This document shows, one piece after another, positions 59,602 to 64,000 of a stretch of 64,000 nucleotides of DNA. The notes under the pieces were generated by a model that did not search any database, was not told the DNA's origin, and was given only the letters and a program-made list of their open reading frames with translations. Position numbers and translations under genes: made by a program. The stretch's first letter is position 1; each line of letters starts with the position of its first letter. Origin of the DNA: Shewanella sp. (GTDB taxonomy: Bacteria; Pseudomonadota; Gammaproteobacteria; Enterobacterales; Shewanellaceae); NCBI RefSeq assembly GCF_041630135.1, contig NZ_JBFKLW010000019.1:2675-66674 (forward strand). Reading direction: 5' to 3'.

Positions 59602-62175
59602 ATGCGACTCGATCGTATGACCAATAAATTCCAGATTGCAATTTCTGATGCGCAGTCTCTGGCGCTGGGCAGAGACCATCAATTTATTGAACCCGTGCAC
59701 CTGATGATGGCGCTGCTGAATCAGGATGGTGGCTCGATTCATCCTTTGTTGACTCAGGCCGGCATTCGGGTGAGTAACCTGCGCTCGCTCCTGTCTCAGG
59801 AGCTTGAGCGGCAGCCGCAAGTAGAAGGCACTGGCGGTGATGTGCAGTTGTCGCAGGCGCTCATTCGTTTGCTTAATCTGTGTGACAAGCTGTCGCAAAA
59901 GCGTAAAGACAAATACATTTCCAGCGAGCTGTTTGTACTGGCAGCGCTGGAAGGTAATGACCCCCTGGCGCAAATCCTTAAACAGGCCGGAGCCTCTAAA
60001 GATAGGCTTGAGCAAACCATTGAGGATATCCGCGCAGGCCAGAAGGTTGACGATCCCAACGCTGAAGATAATCGTCAGGCACTGAAAAAATATACTGTGG
60101 ATCTTACTGAGCGCGCCGAGCAGGGCAAACTCGATCCTGTGATTGGCCGTGACGATGAAATCCGCCGTACTATTCAGGTGTTGCAGCGTCGCAGTAAAAA
60201 CAACCCCGTTTTGATAGGTGAGCCCGGCGTAGGTAAAACAGCCATCGTCGAAGGGCTTGCACAACGCATCATCAATGGTGAGGTGCCTGAGGGCATTAAA
60301 AATAAGCGGGTGTTGTCGCTGGATATGGGGGCCTTGGTCGCGGGTGCCAAATACCGTGGTGAGTTTGAAGAGCGCTTAAAGGCGGTACTCAACGAGCTTG
60401 CCCAGGAAGAAGGCCAGGTTATTCTGTTTATTGATGAGCTGCATACCATGGTTGGCGCCGGCAAGAGTGATGGTGCCATGGATGCCGGCAATATGCTTAA
60501 GCCAGCGCTGGCCCGCGGTGAGCTGCACTGCGTAGGTGCCACCACCTTGGATGAATACCGTCAGTACGTTGAAAAAGACGCCGCCCTTGAGCGCCGTTTC
60601 CAAAAGGTGCTGGTGGACGAACCTTCGGTGGAAGACACTATTGCTATTCTGCGTGGCCTAAAAGAGCGCTACGAGCTTCACCACCACGTTGAAATTACCG
60701 ATCCGGCGATAGTGGCGGCGGCCAGTATGTCGCACCGCTATGTGTCGGACCGTAAACTGCCCGATAAGGCCATCGACCTGATTGACGAGGCAGCATCCAG
60801 CATCCGGATGCAGATTGACTCAAAGCCTGAGTCACTTGATCGTCTGGAACGCCGTGCCATTCAGCTCAAGTTGGAAGAGCAGGCGCTGGCAAAAGAAAAC
60901 GATGAGGCCAGTCGCAAGCGCCTGGAGCATTTACGCCATGAGCTGAAAGATGTGGAAGCCAAGGCCAATGAACTCAATGAGATCTGGCGTACTGAGAAAG
61001 CGGCACTTGCCGGAACTCAGCATATTAAAGCTGATCTTGAGCAGGCGCGGATGGATCTGGAAGTAGCGCGCAGGGCTGGCGATTTGACCCGCATGTCCGA
61101 GCTGCAATATGGCCGCATTCCAGAGCTCGAAAAAGAACTCGACTTGGCGGCTCAGGCAGAAATGCAGGATATGAGGTTGCTGCGTAACAAAGTCACTGAT
61201 GTGGAAATTGCTGAAGTGCTGTCCAAGGCAACCGGTATTCCGGTGGCAAAAATGCTCGAGGGTGAGCGCGAAAAGCTGCTGCAAATGGAGCATGCACTCC
61301 ATGAGCGGGTGATAGGTCAGAACGAGGCGGTTGATGCTGTGGCCAACGCCATTCGCCGAAGTCGCGCAGGGCTTGCCGATCCTAACCGGCCAATAGGTTC
61401 GTTCCTGTTCCTTGGTCCGACCGGGGTGGGTAAAACTGAGCTGTGTAAATCGCTGGCAAAATTCCTGTTCGACACCGAATCGGCGTTGGTGCGCATCGAT
61501 ATGTCGGAATTTATGGAGAAGCACTCTGTTTCCCGTTTGGTGGGGGCGCCTCCCGGCTATGTGGGTTACGAAGAGGGTGGTTATCTTACCGAGGCGGTGC
61601 GCCGCAAGCCTTATTCGGTGATCCTGCTTGATGAAGTGGAAAAAGCGCATCCCGATGTGTTTAACATTCTGTTGCAGGTGCTGGATGATGGTCGCCTGAC
61701 CGATGGTCAGGGCCGCACCGTGGATTTTCGTAATACAGTGGTGATCATGACCTCGAACCTTGGCTCCGACATTATTCAGGAACGTTTCGGCACCCTGGAT
61801 TATGCCCAGATGAAGCAAGAGGTCATGAATGTAGTGGTGCACAGTTTCCGGCCGGAGTTTTTAAACCGGATTGATGAGACTGTGGTGTTCCATCCATTGG
61901 ACGCAGACCACATCAAAAATATTGCCTCCATCCAAATTGAGTCGCTGCGTAAGCGTCTGGCGGAAAAAGAGTATGAACTTCAGCTAAGTGATGAGGCGCT
62001 GGCCTTTATTGCAAGGGCCGGCTTTGACCCAGTCTATGGAGCGCGGCCACTGAAGCGTGCACTGCAGCAAGAGGTGGAAAACCCGCTGGCGCAGAAACTG
62101 CTGCGAGGCGAGCTTATTCCCGGCAAGCCTATTAGGGTCGACTGCCAGGATGCTGAGTTGGTGTTCGCTCAGTAA
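59602..62175 (+). CDS. clpB: ATP-dependent chaperone/disaggregase ClpB
   Basis: [14 protein letters not shown]-terminus and two AAA+ modules ([16 protein letters not shown]). 857 aa. Confidence 0.97.
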   Translation: MRLDRMTNKFQIAISDAQSLALGRDHQFIEPVHLMMALLNQDGGSIHPLLTQAGIRVSNLRSLLSQELERQPQVEGTGGDVQLSQALIRLLNLCDKLSQKRKDKYISSELFVLAALEGNDPLAQILKQAGASKDRLEQTIEDIRAGQKVDDPNAEDNRQALKKYTVDLTERAEQGKLDPVIGRDDEIRRTIQVLQRRSKNNPVLIGEPGVGKTAIVEGLAQRIINGEVPEGIKNKRVLSLDMGALVAGAKYRGEFEERLKAVLNELAQEEGQVILFIDELHTMVGAGKSDGAMDAGNMLKPALARGELHCVGATTLDEYRQYVEKDAALERRFQKVLVDEPSVEDTIAILRGLKERYELHHHVEITDPAIVAAASMSHRYVSDRKLPDKAIDLIDEAASSIRMQIDSKPESLDRLERRAIQLKLEEQALAKENDEASRKRLEHLRHELKDVEAKANELNEIWRTEKAALAGTQHIKADLEQARMDLEVARRAGDLTRMSELQYGRIPELEKELDLAAQAEMQDMRLLRNKVTDVEIAEVLSKATGIPVAKMLEGEREKLLQMEHALHERVIGQNEAVDAVANAIRRSRAGLADPNRPIGSFLFLGPTGVGKTELCKSLAKFLFDTESALVRIDMSEFMEKHSVSRLVGAPPGYVGYEEGGYLTEAVRRKPYSVILLDEVEKAHPDVFNILLQVLDDGRLTDGQGRTVDFRNTVVIMTSNLGSDIIQERFGTLDYAQMKQEVMNVVVHSFRPEFLNRIDETVVFHPLDADHIKNIASIQIESLRKRLAEKEYELQLSDEALAFIARAGFDPVYGARPLKRALQQEVENPLAQKLLRGELIPGKPIRVDCQDAELVFAQ

Positions 62176-62227
62176 ATCGTCTTTTGATTACCGCACCATG
62201 ATTGGTGCAGTATGAGTAGCGCATTAT

Positions 62228-62258
62228 AAAGGGAGCCGTTTGGCTCCCTTTACTTATT
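62228..62258 (+). terminator. terminator after clpB
   Basis: AAGGGAGCC gttt GGCTCCCTT, then tacttatt. An additional hairpin, TGCACCA tgat TGGTGCA, lies at 62194-62211. Confidence 0.7.
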
Positions 62259-62413
62259 AAAGCATTAGTCACTCCGGACAGGCGCTAATATGCCAGGATT
62301 TGGCTGTGTGCACTGATGCTCGGGCAAAGCAGGGTTTTCGCTGGCAGCTACAACAGCCCTGATGGCTAAATTGGTATTACGGCTCAGTTATGCTCTAAGC
62401 CAAACCAAGCTGT

Positions 62414-62872
62414 TTAGTTCTTTTGATCTTTGCAGAATAGTTTGATTCGCTTATTGGCTTCAGCGAGTACTTTTTCTCGTTCGCTGTCAGACATCTCCAC
62501 TGTTTCATTGGTAGTGGGATCTTTTTGAGTGACACGACTATAACTGGTCAACACATCCACATTTTGTCTGGCTTGTTCGCAAATAGCATCGGCCTGATCT
62601 GCATTTTGTTGGCGGATGAGATTTGCATTTTTTTGTTCGTCGCTGATTGGTTCATCCTCTGATTTTGACCGAGGTTTGGGTGAATCAAAACCCATGCGCT
62701 TTGGTTCTATTTGCTTTGCATCCAGTGTTTGAGTTTGGGTTTCATCAGCAGGCGGCTGCTCGCTATAGTGGGTAACACCATTCTTATCAACCCACTTGTA
62801 TATAGTGGAAGCTCCGGCCATGCCACTTACCAGCAGCAGTGACACCAACAATACCGGGTATCTGGATTCCAT
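62414..62872 (-). CDS. DUF4124 domain-containing secreted protein
   Basis: Signal peptide then IYKWVDKNGVTHYSEQPP (DUF4124 signature). GGAG lies 10 nt before ATG 62872. Confidence 0.7.
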   Translation of the reverse strand: MESRYPVLLVSLLLVSGMAGASTIYKWVDKNGVTHYSEQPPADETQTQTLDAKQIEPKRMGFDSPKPRSKSEDEPISDEQKNANLIRQQNADQADAICEQARQNVDVLTSYSRVTQKDPTTNETVEMSDSEREKVLAEANKRIKLFCKDQKN

Positions 62873-62930
62873 AAACCTGTCTCCAAAAGCGCTCGCCAGC
62901 AGTAGGCGAAAGTGTGATATCTTGTTAGGG

Positions 62931-63776
62931 ATGTTAATCAATGATACTCAGTGTATGCAAAATATTGACAAGCCAACAGTAAAAAATCGCGGTATCTATT
63001 TGCTGCCTAATCTGTTTACCACTGCGGGGCTGTTTTCAGGCTTCTACGCAGTGATAGCGTCCATGAACGGTCAGTTTGAATCGGCAGCCATTGCTGTGTT
63101 CGTTGCCATGCTATGTGATGGATTGGATGGCCGGGTGGCAAGGCTGACCAATACCCAAAGCGAGTTTGGTGCAGAATACGACAGCATGGCCGATATGGTG
63201 TCCTTTGGTATGGCGCCGGCACTGATTGCTTACAACTGGGCCTTGTCAGATCTCGGCAAAATTGGCTGGCTTGCTGCTTTTGTTTATTGTGCCGGTGCAG
63301 CACTGAGATTGGCCAGATTTAATACCCAAGTCGGTGTGGCAGATAAGCGTTGGTTTCAGGGGCTTGCAAGCCCTGCGGCCGCTGCCGTGATTGCCGGCAC
63401 CGTCTGGCTTGGCAATCAGTATCATATTGATGCAGGTTCGGTGAGTTATCTATTTGCTGCCGTCACTATCTGTACAGGTCTTTTGATGGTCAGTAACTTC
63501 CGCTACCACTCGTTTAAAGAAGTAGACTGGCGTGGCAAGGTTAACTTTATCGTAATCTTGCTGGTGGTTGGGGTGTTCGTGGTTATTTCGGTCGAGCCTG
63601 CACTCATCCTTTGTCTGGGTTTTTATCTTTACGCCCTCTCAGGGCCAGTAATAACTATCCGCTCGGTCAGGAAGCTTAAAGTTTCTCACGTGGTGGGCGA
63701 TGATGAAGATGATGTCGACTCGGTGATGCAGGAACAGTCAGCCCAAACTAAGGGAAAACACAGCCAGCCCAAATAA
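62931..63776 (+). CDS. pssA: CDP-diacylglycerol-serine O-phosphatidyltransferase (CDP-alcohol transferase type)
   Basis: Motif DGLDGRVARLTNTQSEFGAEYDSMAD and multiple TM helices. The start is ambiguous (ATG 62931 or 62955), and neither has a good RBS. Confidence 0.85.
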   Translation: MLINDTQCMQNIDKPTVKNRGIYLLPNLFTTAGLFSGFYAVIASMNGQFESAAIAVFVAMLCDGLDGRVARLTNTQSEFGAEYDSMADMVSFGMAPALIAYNWALSDLGKIGWLAAFVYCAGAALRLARFNTQVGVADKRWFQGLASPAAAAVIAGTVWLGNQYHIDAGSVSYLFAAVTICTGLLMVSNFRYHSFKEVDWRGKVNFIVILLVVGVFVVISVEPALILCLGFYLYALSGPVITIRSVRKLKVSHVVGDDEDDVDSVMQEQSAQTKGKHSQPK

Positions 63777-63874
63777 TAGGGTGTCGTTGATGGAAAAGAT
63801 CTGAACCTGGCCTTTATCCTGGAAAGCTCTGGCGTAGAATCGGGCTAACTTTGCTGAAGGGACGTTCAGACTCA

Positions 63875-63898
63875 AACGCTGCTTTGCGGCGTTTTTTA
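63875..63898 (+). terminator. hairpin terminator about 100 nt downstream of pssA
   Basis: ACGCTGC ttt GCGGCGT TTTTT. Confidence 0.6.
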
Positions 63899-64000
63899 TT
63901 TGGAAAATTGCCGAAAACTGACCATACTTTGAACCCTTCGACGCTGTTTTGTGCATGATGGTCGAAATTTATTCGTTTAGAGCTTTTTTGGCAAAAAAGC

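Noticed and set aside
60931-61842. 303-aa ORF (plus 59590-60264, 224 aa) antisense to clpB
   Set aside because: Embedded in a highly conserved gene, with no motifs. Antisense-frame artefact.
63900-64000. Possible rRNA-operon upstream (UP-element-like T/A tracts) at the window end
   Set aside because: The window ends before any -35/-10 pair or rRNA sequence could be seen, so it cannot be supported.

Overview
The window looks like gammaproteobacterial chromosome, probably Shewanella-like. That guess rests on gene content and a GlyGly-CTERM protein and has not been verified. It is mostly core metabolism, with several accessory, visibly AT-richer insertions.

Layout by coordinate:
- 1-15.6 kb: a large polyamine/GABA catabolic supercluster. 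It holds puuC (partial), puuB, puuR, puuD, puuA, a spuC-like transaminase, potFGHI, a second puuB paralogue, gabD and gabT. A dCache chemoreceptor follows.
- 17.9-29.5 kb: a MOSC-FNR-ferredoxin fusion, a cobalamin riboswitch with a btuB-like TonB receptor, an SGNH lipoprotein, an HDOD protein, metR/metE with MetR and MetJ operator sites, dodecin and queG.
- 29.5-40.9 kb: an orphan solute-binding protein, a TPR-GGDEF cyclase, maeA, a yehS-like gene, a serine hydrolase, a YdiL/Aca2-like plus SMI1/KNR4 pair, an M13 peptidase and rsuA.
- 41-50.5 kb: a 1672-aa S8 subtilase with a GlyGly-CTERM sorting signal, a divergent LysR regulator, an ECF sigma / anti-sigma / DUF4097 operon, and an ornithine-cyclodeaminase-family gene.
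- 50.7-56.1 kb: a signalling cluster of MCP, GGDEF and MCP genes.
- 56.2-63.8 kb: a tRNA-Phe-Leu-Leu operon, then the conserved bamD-rluD-yfiH-clpB block (with a sigma32 promoter), a DUF4124 protein and pssA.

I found no CRISPR array, IS element, integrase, prophage or recognisable defence or toxin module, and no convincing new multi-gene system.

The best second-look items are:
- phased MetJ boxes in front of the B12 riboswitch and btuB;
- an AATGAAC motif shared by three puu promoters, a candidate PuuR operator;
- the giant GlyGly-CTERM protease with its long leader and divergent LysR;
- the translationally coupled ECF / anti-sigma / DUF4097 module;
- the Aca2-like/SUKH pair;
- the self-sufficient MOSC fusion and its long leader.

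All homology calls come from motif recognition by eye in the supplied translations. No searches were run.
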